A stretch of 64,000 nucleotides of DNA from Sphyrna mokarran (Eukaryota): contig JAGIQG010000034.1 in NCBI GenBank assembly GCA_024679065.1, positions 10,602,001 through 10,666,000 on the forward strand, written 5' to 3'. This document shows, one piece after another, positions 40,839 to 54,679 of the stretch (the first letter of the stretch is position 1; the number at the start of each line of letters is the position of its first letter). The translations under genes were made by a program, and so were the position numbers. The notes beneath the pieces are model-generated. The model was given only the letters and a program-made list of their open reading frames with translations, did not search any database and had not been told where the DNA came from.

Positions 40839-41520
40839 GGGGAATGCTTGCTGCTCAATTTCTACCCACAAAAAGTATCACAGTGACATTAGATGCTATT
40901 TTTATATAAAAGGATTCCCATTTTCTATAATGGAAACCCACTAAGTAGCAGCTATAGGAGCCTTACAGTCATAATAAACTCTTAAAATACACAAACTCAA
41001 TTGTTTAAACCATGTAAGGATTTCACGTATCTTTTAGGACAAATGGATATTTTTCATTTGCGATGATGAGTTAACCACATTTTCTTAATTCAAACTTTAA
41101 CCATTAATATTACAAAATGCAACAAAACTAAGGTAGTGCTACAGGCAACAGCATTCAAACTTGCAAGAAGAGGGATTTTATTTCACACTCTTTCCAGACA
41201 CTGGTATGTTGGTTTATTGCAGCTCCATTAATATCTTTAACTGTGAAGTAACTGTACTCTAGTAGAAGATGCTGGTTTTTATTTTGAAGTGAAAATGTGG
41301 ACCTTGAAATATTTCAATAAACCTCTGGGTAAACTGCTTTTCATAGCTCAATCCCATGCCTCAATCAACATTTACAGATGCACTGATGGCAAAAGGTAGC
41401 CAACATAACACTAGCATAATAAATCTCAACTATGTAATGATTTAATTACATGCACAAACATGTTGAACAAATAAACGTTCAGTTTCAATGCACACAGTTG
41501 CATCCTGATTATCCACTCAC

Positions 41521-42198
41521 CTACTCTGGAGGCTCCTGTATTGGTGCTGTCTGAACTGACAGTTAATGGCTGACTTGATGATCCAGAAACTTGCCCCTGG
41601 CTGCAAGTCTGTGAAGGCCTAGGTTGTACTGGTGCTCTAGTATTAGAAGGGCTAAAATGTCCCGGGGAACCCAAAGATGGTTGCACTGTTCGAGTAGTCT
41701 GAGGTGAAAGAATAGATTGGGTACTGGTCACAGAAGCAGTCTGACCTGAAGCAACATTACTTATCTGCATTGGCCCCATATTTCCAGGGGATTTCCTTTG
41801 GATTCCTGGGCTTGGCAACGAAGGACTAGCACCATTTGCTTTTGCTACATTTGTTGATATCTGCGATGCCAGTGGCTTGGACAGGTTGTTTAACGTGGGC
41901 TGGGACTGAACAGGTAAAAACTCAATTCCAGGTTGCTGGTTCGTCATCAAGGTATTTGCCGAGGGCTGCAGAAGCTGAGGTTGGGAAGACATTGCCACTG
42001 GAACTGTAAGCAATACTGGCACTGACTGGAGAGATACTGGCATAGGCTGGTTACTACCGGAGGTCGACAGCGACTGATTGTTTCCTACTACTGCTGCAGT
42101 TGCTGGGAGCACAGGAGTGACCACAGCACCAGATGTCCCTGCATTCTGAGGCTTAGACTGTCCGCCAACTACCTGAGGTGGTGTGAAGTTTGTAATAC
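41521..42198 (-). CDS. ATF7IP: ATF7IP large Ser/Pro/Gln-rich exon
   Basis: ttgctgttgcag|GT...GTAG|gtgagt, 678 nt, phase 1 to 1. Contains ATF7IP-like segments QPMPVSLQSVPVLLTVPVAMSSQPQLLQ, IEFLPVQS and PSPGIQRKSP. Confidence 0.92.
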
Positions 42199-43259
42199 CT
42201 GCAACAGCAAAACATTCTCCAATTAGAATCTGCAAATAGAATTTTTTTTTTGCACTCCCGAACCAGCCCAAACTTCTGCTTTGGGATCCCAATCATGCTC
42301 ACACAATGGGAATCGGTCAAAAGGATTGGACAAGTCCTATATGCAGACTACACTGCGACTGCCTTCAATATGACTAAAATTAAGGTGGTGTAATAGAAGT
42401 GGGTCAAGTGATCCCTGTAGTACATCATGTTGCATGAAAGAGCAAGTCAGATGGATGATGCACCAATGCACTGAGGTTCCACTAGGCATCAGTAGATGCT
42501 GATACGTTCCTGGCAAGTAGAAAGAGCAAGGCAAGCTATATCACTATTCCACACCAGCTAGGAACTGGTTCACAGCAACACTGGCAAAATAAATGTTTTA
42601 AAAAGTTGATATTTTTGGTGCATGAATATATACACATATCACACATGCACACAACTCTCTGGTAATGCTACATTACTTTTTGATAAGCTTGCAGCAACAA
42701 CAGCCTAATCTCTTGACTGGGCACCTTCCTACAGCAATATGGGATGTATAGGCTATTAAATGGGAGTAGAAAAAAAATACTTCAAGTTTACACAATCCTC
42801 AAATAAGCAAACAAAAAGAAAATGGTAGTTTATAATGTTTTAAAGTAAAATTCTGTGGCTTTCTATTCTCCCTTCCTCTCCCCGTCTCAGGATAGTATAT
42901 CTGCTACTTGTAAAACCAAATTGAACTAGATGGATAGCAAACACCGCTAGGACTCAAGCAACTGGTTCAAAAATGAGGGAAGACGAAAGTTTAAAATTCT
43001 GCCGTTCCAAAGGAATTTCAAAGCTTTGAGAACTTTCTTGAGAACAACAGAATTTCAATCCTCCCCCACCCTAATTAATCAGTAACAGAACTGAATGCCT
43101 ATAAACCAAATATTTCAGATGTGACATTGGTAGGTGGGGGCTGTGGGAAGAAATTACAGGCACTTTCTGGATTTTCAATCATTGAGAAATTGATTTCTCA
43201 ATGGAGTTAGAAGTACTATTGAATCTCATTAAAAATTCCCATTTTTTTCTTGTAAGTAC

Positions 43260-43348
43260 CTGTATTATTGGAGTTTGCAGAGTGCTGGGCTGATGCTACA
43301 CTGTCTGCCATATTTCTTCTCAAGTCCAGCATCTGCCTTACTGTTCCA
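43260..43348 (-). CDS. ATF7IP: ATF7IP internal exon
   Basis: ttttcccttccag|T...ACAG|gtactt, phase 2 to 1. GTVRQMLDLRRN matches mammalian GTVRQMLESKRN. Confidence 0.9.
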
Positions 43349-44724
43349 CTGGAAGGGAAAAACAAAATGGAAACTGAAATCGTACACAAGAATCTACCCA
43401 TTGTCAGACAACTAAAATTGATATATCTTTGTCTTTCCTCAATTGATTTTCTCAAATAAACTTTATCCCATAAGAAATTCAGCATGGACAGTTCCGAGGA
43501 ACAGAGCACAAGAAGGGACCTGCATTCTTAGAACTACAAATTAAAATGAAAACCATTACAAAGGAGAGAAGTTTTTTTTAGGCAAGCAGGAATAGAACAA
43601 AGAACCTAAATTGACTTTAAAATCAGTCTATCATTCCGTTGTTCAGTCAACCAGCAACAGGGAGGAACAAATTAAGGATTAATGCTAGAAGCGGAAAGAG
43701 AGAAATTAAAATGGAAGGCTTTATCAATTGGTGCCTACATTGAATAGATTATCAAATTAAATTAAAAGGAAGCTACTGAAATAAATGCAGGCAAACAGGA
43801 GAAGGTAGAGATAACTTTGTTGACAAAGTTGGCACCAGGATAACTGTCTCCTCTGTCCATAAATTCCCAAGCTCTAAGGTAATCTCGAGATTCAGTTAGC
43901 AGTCATTGAAATGTACCTGCTCCACTCTTGTGATTTAAATCAGTAGCCTTCTAGGTTAATACCATTATTTGTCATAATCAAGGTTTATATTTTATTATTA
44001 GATCAACCATTTTCAAATTACAATGAGTCTGTTTGCTCCTTTATGAAGCAACCTTTATTACAATGGGGATAAAATAAACTGAATGATGGTAGGACAGGTA
44101 CAGCTGTTACAAAACAGCCAACCTCATGACCAACTTTGTGTCAGATCTTGAATCTTACCAGTTTTCAGGTTGGATGTGTGGAATGTTTATGGTATGTTTT
44201 CTAAATAAGGAATGCAAAGGCAAGTTTTGAAAGTAAGAGGCGATGCTGCAATATAAGCCATGAAATTCTTCAGAGCTATTTCAGACCCAGTGTTACTTTT
44301 ACTTTGCCATGCCGAAGTATTGCACAGACTAGGCTTGTGGACCTAAATAGGTCTCTCGCTGTATTTAGTGTTGGTAGTGGACTGGAACTAACTCCAAAGA
44401 ATCGTATAGCCATATAGAAAGACAAAGATGTCAGTGAAGTGGGAAATGTGGGTGATGACAGCCTGAAGAAATGTCTGGTTTTCAGACATGACAGCCAAAA
44501 TTTCCAACTGTTAACGCCAGAGAGATTCTCTCATCCTGTTGCTGAGTGCCAGATTCTCCATCCTTGTTTGCAGTGATGGTGGGGCGTGAATGGCCAGAAA
44601 ATTCCAGCTACCTGTTCCTGGACAATCAGATCTGAGACATTGTTTCAGCAGGTACATTGCTTCTTTTTAAAATACGAGGTTTTACAATTTCTTCAATGCC
44701 TTGGTCCATGAATTGGAAATTTAT

Positions 44725-45005
44725 GTTTAATTTAATGTCACAAGTAGGCTTACATTAACACTGCAATGAAATTGCTGTGAAAATTCCCCACTTGCCACAT
44801 TTCAGTGCCTATTCGGATATACTGAGGGAGAATTTAGCATGGCCAACTAACCAGCACATCTTTCGGACTGTGGGAAGAAACTGTAGCACCAGGAGGAAAC
44901 CCAAAGATGGGGAAGAACGTGCAGACTCCACACGTTAACCTAAATTGGGAATTAAACCCGAGTCCCTGATGCTGAGGGGTAGCAATGTTAGCTACCATAC
45001 CACCC
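44725..45005 (-). mobile_element. HE1-like SINE variant
   Basis: Same structure as 40545-40838. Confidence 0.72.
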
Positions 45006-46049
45006 ATATTTATTCTGCATTTTGAGTAAATTTAACCAATATTGTTGTTTCAATTATTTCAAATGCAGGTGAGACACAAGATGAAAATTGTATTCTGGAT
45101 TTGTAAATAACTCAACTTTGACATATAATAAAGAATGCATCACGCTGCAATACCTTACTATGCAGCACACCCTACTGAGGAGGTAAACAAGGCTATAAAA
45201 TACAACAGGTAGGTCATCCTGAAATACAGATTTGGAAGATTTCATGCTCTTTTTAAGTATCTGACACAGCTTTACTATAAGACTTCATTTGTCATCACAC
45301 TAGCAATGTGCAATGATCAGATTCTGGCCTTTTGAATTTTACATTCTCCTCAGATTCTGGATACAGAATTTTTTTCATACTCCAATATCTCTTAATTTTG
45401 AGAGAATAGCTTTGCTGCAGCTTTTTTGACTTTTCTCAAGCTTCAAGGTGTTCTGAATCTTGTTGATGAGCAGTCCAGCGGCATTGTCTGAAACAAGGCG
45501 CTGCAAAGGCGGCTTGGTTCGTGTGTGCAAATTTACACTTTGAAATGACATTACAGCAGCTGGCAAAAATGTTCTCACTGCACCTATATTAATGAACTGT
45601 CACGAACCACCACTTTGACATTTTCTAGCGCTGACCTTTTAGTGAATCATTCTTTAATTTACACTTTCAGAAGTTCCTTTTTCTCACTTTAGTTTGTACA
45701 GCTGTCAGGTATTCAAAATTTCTATTTTAATTGGCACCAGAGGCCTGTGCCAACTGGGATTATGCAATGAAGCAACCAAAAGCAGAGGAAGACGGAGCAG
45801 AACCCAGACTCCTCCTACTCTTGTCCTTTCTATCCAAAGATTTCTGGTTACAGGATGTTGAGTCGTCTAAGCATAGACAAATTACAGAAGTCTTCCTCCT
45901 TTCAAAGGGCTGTGACTTTTCTGGATAAAGACTATGGACTACCACTTATCCAGACTATTTCATTTGTCCAACAAAATGAATTCTTGTGCCCATAAACATG
46001 TGGATACTCTTAAACAAAGCTTTCTGAATAAAGTTAACAGTCTTCTTAC

Positions 46050-46162
46050 CTGCGACACTGCACGCTACCAGAAGCGCTAGAAGGGTTATAGGTTTTGCTG
46101 GGAGAGACAGGTTGCGTAGATTGGAGCCCAGATGGTTGCTGAGGTGTGGAGGTGACTGGATT
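46050..46162 (-). CDS. ATF7IP: ATF7IP internal exon (most 5' canonical exon found in window)
   Basis: ttcatttaatccag|AAT...CGCAG|gtaaga, 113 nt, phase 0 to 2. NPVTSTPQQPSGLQSTQPVSPSKTYN...QCR, where PVSPSKT resembles mammalian PVSPGKT. Not in the ORF track. Confidence 0.85.
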
Positions 46163-46499
46163 CTGGATTAAATGAAAAAATTATGTAAGGATGGTTGCGT
46201 CAAAAGGAAAAGTACTTCTGAATTTTTTCAGCATCACAATACCCCATAAAAAGTGAAACCTAGCAGCTTCTGGCTCATGAGGTTAGTTCATTTTCTAAAA
46301 AAATGTATTCTATTTGGCTTGAAACACAGTCCATATAAATGGTGCACACAGCTATCGCTCAGCTGACCACGTGTTGCTCAAATTGCACATGAGCAATCTG
46401 AGTACAACTAAGCTTCAATGACAGCTGATTTTATATTTGCAGTCCTGATCTTCTTTACTTCAGTCACCTTTCATCTGTCAGGTTTCCAAATTTGATAGA

Positions 46500-48930
46500 A
46501 ACACAGAAAATAGGAGGAGGCCATTCAGCCGACCCTCCAACTTAACATCACAAGTGTGGAAATTTATTTCCTTTTTAAATATATTCAGTGACTTGGCCTC
46601 CAGTCTCTTCAGTGATTGCTTCCACAGAGTTTTGTGCTGGAGAGTTCCATAGGTTGACCAGCCTGAGTGAAGAAGTTTCTCCTCATCTCAGTTCTAAATG
46701 GCCTACCCTGTATCCTGTGACAGTAAACCCATTGTTCTAGATTAATCCACCCACACATGCCAGAGGATACATCACCCTTACATTCAGTCTGCCAGCCCTA
46801 TCAGAATTTTGAGTTACAATAAGATCCTCTCTCATTCTTCAAAGTGAATACAGGCCTAGTTGACTCATGACACTCCTGCTATCCCAATGTGGTAAACCTT
46901 CACTGCAAATTTTCTTGCAATGAAGACCGACATACTATTTCCCTTCTTAACTACTTGCCGCATCTGCTTCCAGTGACTGGTGAATTAGGGCACCCAGGTC
47001 CTTTTTGTATATCAACATTTTCCAGTCTATTACCAACTTTTCCCATTGAAAAGGAGATAACTTAACACTTATCCACCTTATTCCGCATTTTTGTCCACTT
47101 ACTCAACTTGTCTAAACTTCCTCGAAGACTCATAACATCCTCATCACCCATTCCTACCAATTTTGTGCTGTCAGCAAATTTAGAAATATTACATTTGGGC
47201 CCCTTATCCAAACTGAGAGTGTTACCATTGAATAGCTGGGGCCCAAGCACTGATCTCTACTATAGCCCACTAGTCACTACCTGCCACTTTGAAAAAACAT
47301 TTATTCCTGTTTCCCTACTACTGATGTTAGGCTAGCTGCTGCATAATTCTTTACTTTTTCCTTCCCTCCTTTTTTTCAAAATAGTGGAGATATGCTTACC
47401 ACTCTCCAGTCTGCTGGAACTGTTCTAGAACTCTATGGCCACCTTTATACCCTTGAATGTAAACGATTAGGCCCTGGGGATTTATCAGCTTTCAGTCTCA
47501 TTAATTCCTCGAACACTATTTCCTTCATTTCCTCCATCTCACTAGAAACTTGGTTCCGTAGAAATGGCACAGAAGGTTGCCCCTCCTGTTTATGCAGATC
47601 CAAAGACATCCAGGTACCCTTTTTAATGCCTTCTTCCCACACACAATCCTGCAGTTTACAGCACTTTAGGTGCAGATCCAGGTAAGAGTTTAGGGTCTCT
47701 GCCTCCACCACCAACTCAAGTGGCAAATTCCACAGCCTCTGATTAAAAATATTTCCCCTCATGTCTCCTCTAATCCTATGACCTGTGGTTTAACTTGAAT
47801 CAAAGACTCCTGGTTTTTGAGCTCTCTAAAAGAAAATAGGTTCCTTCTGTCTATTTCAACTCCATCCCTCACAATTTTGTATACCTCAATCATGTCACTC
47901 CTCAGCCTTCTCTGCTCCAAGGAAAACAACCCCAACCCCTCTAATCTCTCTTTATAGCCACAATTCTTCAGCCCTTGCAACATTTGAGTAAATCTTCTTT
48001 GCACGCTTCTCAGAGCAATTACATCCTTCCTCTAATGTGGTGACCAGAACTGCGCACACAATAGTCCAGTTGTGGCTTGTGTCTTACAGTTCCATCATTA
48101 CATTTCTGCTTTAATATTCTATACTCTGCCAATGGAGAGAATTCCATATGCCTTCTTTACAACCTTATCTATTCTGTACTGCTCCCTTTAGAGATCTGTG
48201 CACCTACACACCAAGATCTCTCACTTTAATTGACCGCCTTAGTATATCCCCATTTATTGTGTATTCGCTTTTACTGTTTGACCTCCCTAAATGCATGACC
48301 TCACACTTCAAGTTAAACTTTGTCTGCCATTTTCCTGCTCTCTCCACCAATCCATCTATCATTGTGGAGCTTATTCTTCTATACTATCCACTACATAGCC
48401 AGCTTTTGTGTGGTTTGCAAATTTCATAATCGTTCTCTCCCTACACCCCCCCAATGTTCAAGTCTAAATTGTTAGCATACAAAAGAAACAGAAGAAATCC
48501 CAAAGTCTAATAGAACACCATTTGAAACAGCTTTCCATTCACACGGGCAACTATCAACTATTACCCTTTTCTCTTGTTACTAATCCTGTTACTAAGCCAA
48601 CTTTGAATCCAATTTGCCCATCACCTGTATTCCATGGACTTTTATTTTTTTGACCAGTCTGCCACATACGGCCTTGTTAAATACCTTACTGAAATCCATG
48701 TAGACAACATCCATTGCACTATCCTTACTGATCCTCTTTGTCACTTCCTCAAAGAATTCAATCAAATTTGCAAAACATGACCTTCCCTTCAAGCCATGCT
48801 GACTATCCCTAATTAGTCCATTTCTTTTTAAGTGACAGTTTATCTCACCTCTTGGGATTGATTTTAACAATTTGTCCACCACCGAAGCAAGCCTAACAGG
48901 CCTATAAGTGTTTGGCATTTTCCTAGCAAT
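46500..48930 (-). mobile_element. Two adjacent or nested degenerate CR1 LINE fragments
   Basis: ISKFADSTKL, DKSPGP, QRRFTQMLQGL, YRPVRLASVV and DVVYMDFSK in broken ORFs. Confidence 0.85.
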
Positions 48931-50235
48931 GTTTTCTTTCTACATATTTGTTGTTAATTGACACCAAAGGCTACACTTAAAGAAAGGTTTTCCTTGCTTG
49001 TATCACATATGCAAGAATACAAATCTCAGGGGAAAGTGGTAATTGTCATAATTGCCATACTTAATGCATTCAGTTGCAAAATACTACTGTCACGATAAAG
49101 ACACTTGCCAATGCCAATTGCAATATCTGATGAAATAAAATAAGGAACAAGGAGCGAGTATGAGGGAAGCAGGTATGAGGGGGAAAAAAAAACAGTAGGA
49201 TTGCTATAAATAGACATACATGCAAACCAACAGTTCTATGTAATGTCTCAAAAAAAAACTTGCCAAGTGGCAAATTAATTGTTTTACACAGCGTTTATCC
49301 AAATTCAACTGAAAATGAGGCGAGTTTTGTTAACACGAAAACAAAAGCGCAACACAAAAGTGATGAAGTGAGTGAAAAACGTGCAGACTCTGCACAGTGA
49401 CCCAAGCCAGGAATCGAACCCAGATCCTGGTACCGAAAGGCAGCAGTACAAACCACTGTACCATCCATAAACAAATTGTTTGATGAGCAGTTAATGTATA
49501 GGATCAAAACTTCAAACAAATTGTCACTGAATTAATTTCTACCCAATCTTTATCAGATATGGTGTAAATAAAATGTTGAGAGATGGTTATATAATTTTCC
49601 CTGGCTTCACTTAGATTAATCTCATGTAACAGGGGTGAATAAATAACTGCTAAATATGTGTAATATCTAAGAGACACATCAATAAATATGTCTACACAGT
49701 GCATTAAAGGACAAACATAGGGTACCAGATCATTCAAACAAATGTCTATTGGTATAAATTTACGTCAAAGCCAAGTCCTTCAGTAACATAGTTGCTTTCT
49801 CATCTTCTACTTCACATTTGTATTTGACATAAAACAGCAATTTTTTTTTTACAAAACCATATCGATTTTGCACATGTATTGTTCTTCAGCATTATTATGC
49901 TGACTGTATTTCATGGCCTTCTACACAAAATGCTATAAGTATGATCAACTTCCAGTATTTTGACCAGAAACTTAACTGGATCATCCACACAAATACACGG
50001 ATTATAAAAGCAGCGTCAGAGGCAGGGTGCAACTCACTTCCTGACTCATGCCTTCTACAAGGTGGACAAGTTAGTAGTGTGGTGCAGTATTGCCCAGTTG
50101 CCTGGATGAGTGCATCTCCAATAATGTTCAAGTTCAACATCATCTTAAACAAAGTTGCCTGTTTTCCTTCTTGTAACCTTCTTAAACATTCATGCCCTTC
50201 ACCAATGGTTTACATCAGTGAGATGAGAGTGATTG

Positions 50236-52341
50236 GACTAGGGAACTACAGGGACTGGGAACATCTGGAATGTGGTGCTTATTCAAGGAGCAGCTGCTGC
50301 GAGTCCTTGAGAAGTATGTCCCTGTCAGGCAGGGAGGAAATGGACGAGTAAGAGAGCCTTGGTGTACGAAAAAAGTTGATTTGCTGGTTAAGAAGAAAAA
50401 GGAGGCTTATGTCAGGATGAGGCTTGAAGGCTCAGATAGGGCAATGGATAGCTATAGATTAGCCAGGAAGGAGGTAAAAAGTGAATTGAGGAGAGCTAAG
50501 ATGGGACACGAGAAGATGTTGGCTGATAGGATTAAGGAGAATCCTAAAGCTTTCTTTCGATATGTTAAGAATAGAAGATTGGTTAGGGCAAGATTAGGGC
50601 CAGTCATAGACAGGAGTGGGAAGTTGTGCGTGGAGCCTGAAGAGATTGGAGAGGCACTGAATAAATATTTCTCTTCGGTATTCACGCAGGGTGATGTAAA
50701 TGTAGTTATGGAGAGCACTGAGGTACAGGGTAGCAAACTGGAAAGTATTGAAGTAGATAGGGAGGATGTGCTAGATATTCTCGAGGTTTGAAGTTGGATA
50801 AGTCCCCTGGGCCGGACGGGATTTACCCTAGGATTCTCTGGGAGGCAAGAGAGGAGATTGCAGAGCCTCTGGCTCTGATCTTCAGGTCCTCGTTGGTTAG
50901 GGGTGTGGTTCCGGAGGACTGGAGGATAGCGAATGTGGTCCCATTGTTTAAGAAGGGGAAGAGAGACCTTCCAGGGAATTATAGGCCAGTGAGTCTTACT
51001 TCTGTTGTGGGCAAGGTATTGGAGAGAATTATTAAGGATAGGATTTATAGTTATTTAGAGAGAAATGAATTGATTGGGGATAGTCAGCATGGTTTCGTGA
51101 AGGGTAGGTCATGCCTTACTAACCTCATTGAGTTTTTGAGAAAGTGACCAGAGAGGTGGATGGGGGTAAGGCGGTTGATGTAGTATATATGGACTTTAGT
51201 AAGGCTTTTGATAAGGGGGCCCATGGAAGACTTCTACAGAAAATGCAGATGTGTGGAATAGAGGGTGATTTAGCTAATTGGATTAGAAAGTGGCTGGCAG
51301 ATAGAAGACAGAGGGTGGTGGTTGATGGGAGATATTCATCGTGGAGTTCGGTGACGAGTGGTGTGCCTCAGGGGTCTGTTTTGGGGCCCCTGCTGTTTGT
51401 AATTTATATAAATGATCTGGATGAGGGTATTGAAGGATGGATTAGTAAATTTGCAGATGACACTAAAGTCGGTGGAGTGGTAGATAGTGAAGAGGGGTGT
51501 TATAGTTTACAGAGTGACTTGGACAAGTTGCAGAGCTGGGCCGAGAGGTGGCAAATGGAGTTAATGTGGAAAAGTGTGAGGTAATGCACTTTGGCAGGAA
51601 CAATAAATGTGTAGAGTATAGGGCTAATGGTAGGGCTCTTAATAGTGTTGAGGAACAGAAGGATCTTGGTGTATGTGTAATAGATCCCTGAAAGTAGGCA
51701 GTCAAGTGGATAAAGTTGTTAAGAAGGCTTATGGAGTCTTAGCTTTTATTGGTAGGGGGATTGAATGTAGGAGCCGCAGCATAATGTTGCAGCTGTACAA
51801 AACTCTAGTGCGGCCGCACTTGGAGTATTGTGTGCAGTTCTGGTCGCCACATTATAAGAAAGATGTGGAGGCATTGGAGAGGGTACAGAGGAGGTTTACC
51901 AGGATGTTGCCTGGTATGGAGGGCAGGTCTTATGAGGAGAGGCTGAGGGATTTGAGGTTGTTTTCGTTAGAAAGGAAGAGGCTAAGAGGGGACCTGATCG
52001 AAACATATAAGATGATTAGAGGTTTAGATAGGGTGGACAGTGATAGCCTTTTTCCTAGGATGGAGAAGCTAGCACGAGGGGACACAGCTTTAAATTAAGG
52101 GGTATGAGTTATAGGACGGATATCAGAGGTAGGTTCTTTACTCAAAGAGTGATTAGGGAGTGGAATGCCCTGCCTGCAGCTGTTGTAGATGCGCCAAGTT
52201 TGGTGGCGTTAAGAGGTTAGTTGATAAGTATATGGATGAGAAGGGAATGGTTTAGTTAGGAGGGGCATTGCTTTTTATTTTGGTCGGCACAACATCGAAG
52301 GCCGAAGGGCCTGTTCTGTGCTGTATTGTTCTATGTTCTAT
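50236..52341 (+). mobile_element. Young 5'-truncated CR1 LINE with reverse transcriptase (frameshifted ORF2)
   Basis: [37 protein letters not shown] and FADD motifs over four ORFs; gttctat tail. Confidence 0.95.
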
Positions 52342-53480
52342 GACTGCCCTTGACATCAAGGCAGAATTTGACCAACTGCAGCATAAAGGATTCCTAGCAT
52401 AACTGGAGTCAATGGGATATCAGGGGGAAAAATTCTCCAATGGTTGCAGTCATACCTAGCAGAAAGGAAGATGACTATACTTGTTAATCATTTGAATCCC
52501 AGGATGTTACCGCAGGAGTTTCTCAGGACATGTCTAACTATCTTAGCTGCTTGATCAATGACCTTTCCTGGATCAACAGGTCAGAAGTGGGGATGTTTGC
52601 TGATGATTGCGCAGTGTTCAGCACCATGTGCAACTCCTCACATATCAAAGCAAAATGCAACAAGGCCTGGACAACATTCACATTAGGCTATTTCACACCA
52701 CATAAAAGTGTCCAGCAATGACCATCTCTAATAAGGGAGAACACAATCATTTTCCTTTGATATTCAACAGTCTTACGATTGCCAAACCCCTCACCAACAT
52801 CCTGGGTGGTTACCATTTATCAGAAATGAACTGATAGCCATATAAATGTTAAGCAATTCCACAATGCTTAACTCACATCTAGACTCTACAGAATCTGTCC
52901 ACCATCTACAAGACACAAATAGGGAATGTGATGCGATGTTTCCCAGTTGCAGCTACAATGCCCAAGATTTGACACCACCCAGAATAAAGCAGCCCACTTC
53001 AATGGCACCTCACCCACAATCTTCAACATTCAGTCTCTCCACCACTGACAGGCAATAGCAGCATGTTCAACGTAGAAAAATGCATCGCAGTAACTCACTC
53101 ACCAAGCCTCCTTAGCACTTTCCAAACACACGACCTCTACCATCTAGAAGGTCAAGGGCAGTGGATGCACGAGAGCACCATCCCTCTATGTCAAGCTCCC
53201 CTCAAAAATCATGCAGCATGACTTGCATTATTGCTGGGTCAAAATCATGAACACCTGTCCCAACAACCACTGTACCATCCATGAACAAATTGTTTGATGA
53301 GCAGTTAATGTATAGGATCAAAACTGCAAACAAATTGTCACTGAATTAATTTCTACCCAATCTTTATCAGATATGGTGTAAATAAAATGTTGAGAGATGG
53401 TTATATAATTTTCCCTGCGGCTGGTCCTACGCCATATGGACCACAGCAGTACACAGCAGCAGTTCACTGCCAAATTCACA
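52342..53480 (+). mobile_element. Old LINE (CR1/L2 group) RT remnant that hosts the young CR1
   Basis: GMFADDC motif. gagagtgattg (about 50225) continues as gactgcccttgacatcaaggcag. A related copy lies at about 54680-55860. Confidence 0.65.
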
Positions 53481-54679
53481 AGGAACATGCACCCCATCTA
53501 TTAATTTAAAAAAAAACTTTGAAAAAATTAGCTGTTTCAACTGCATTTGTCATAAGAAATAGTTCATTCTGAAGCAACTAAATTAAGAATAAATTTGGGG
53601 AATGAATAAATGAAAGGAAGAGAAAATCACTTCTAGTTATCTCATAAACCATTCAAAATGCAAGTCACCTGGATCAGTCATTTCTGACTTGAAAACCTAT
53701 TTCATGCATCAGTGGCAATTACCAACTCACCACTTGATGGCACTCTTGAGTTTTCAAAAAAAAAAGTGATAGACATTGTTATGCAAGGTGGTTAATTGTC
53801 CAGGGATAATTACAAATGCTAAGGTTAAATTTACTTTAGTTTAATAATCTTGGAACTGGTACCATTTAATGAGCGGCACAACTAATACTTTTTTTTGCTA
53901 ACTTAAACAGCTTGAATTTCCAGCTGTTTCTGCTGCTCAGCATTGGTGAAAGCCTTTACTTGGGAATATGAATTCAATTCTGGACACCAGTCTTCCTTCT
54001 TTCCAATGCACAATTTTGAGTTGGCATGGAAACAAACATGGAGCACAGTTTATCAAGTGGGAAATTGTCCTCCAAATTGTACCAGCACACAGGGAAATCA
54101 AATATCACTGTATAGTACCATTTAATGCAATGCTCTTAAATTTTCAGCAGTGTTAAGTAACAAGCAGTATTCTGATGATTTATGGCATAATCTTATTTGG
54201 TGTTAGAAGTTGCAGTGTTCCAGATACTGCACACAGAAGTTATTCAATCGCAGAACATAAATAGGAACAGCATTGTAAACAGTGTTTCCTGCACATTCTA
54301 AAGCAGCTTACGCTTTCTTGCCACATAATAAGTATCAATTTTTGTAACAATTTTCCCATCCTGCCCACCAAGGGAATCCTCGTGGGTGGGAGACAGGGAC
54401 ACCATGCAAAAGATCCATTGACAATGGGTGGGATTTTCTGGTTTTGGGACAAATGTGGCCAGAAAGTTCTGCTCTTAATAGCCACTGATTTAGCATATGC
54501 TTTCCTTAATACAGATTAAAGTCAAAACCAAATGCAGCTCCAAGCAAAAATGAACTTTATGCAGTTTTTTTGCAGAAACATTACAAATGACAATGCGATG
54601 TAATCTGTGATCCCATAATAAGTCTCTCCATAAAGAGCACAACCCAAAGAGCCAGACCTCTAGTCAAGTTTGGTGTCTA

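Noticed and set aside
45375-45540. Possible extra phase-2 exon (VNLHTRTKPPLQRL...)
   Set aside because: Weak acceptor, donor phase incompatible with the next exon, and no recognisable homology.
50270-52098. Active reverse transcriptase gene
   Set aside because: 5'-truncated CR1 with several frameshifts (some may be sequencing indels); an ordinary retrotransposon copy.
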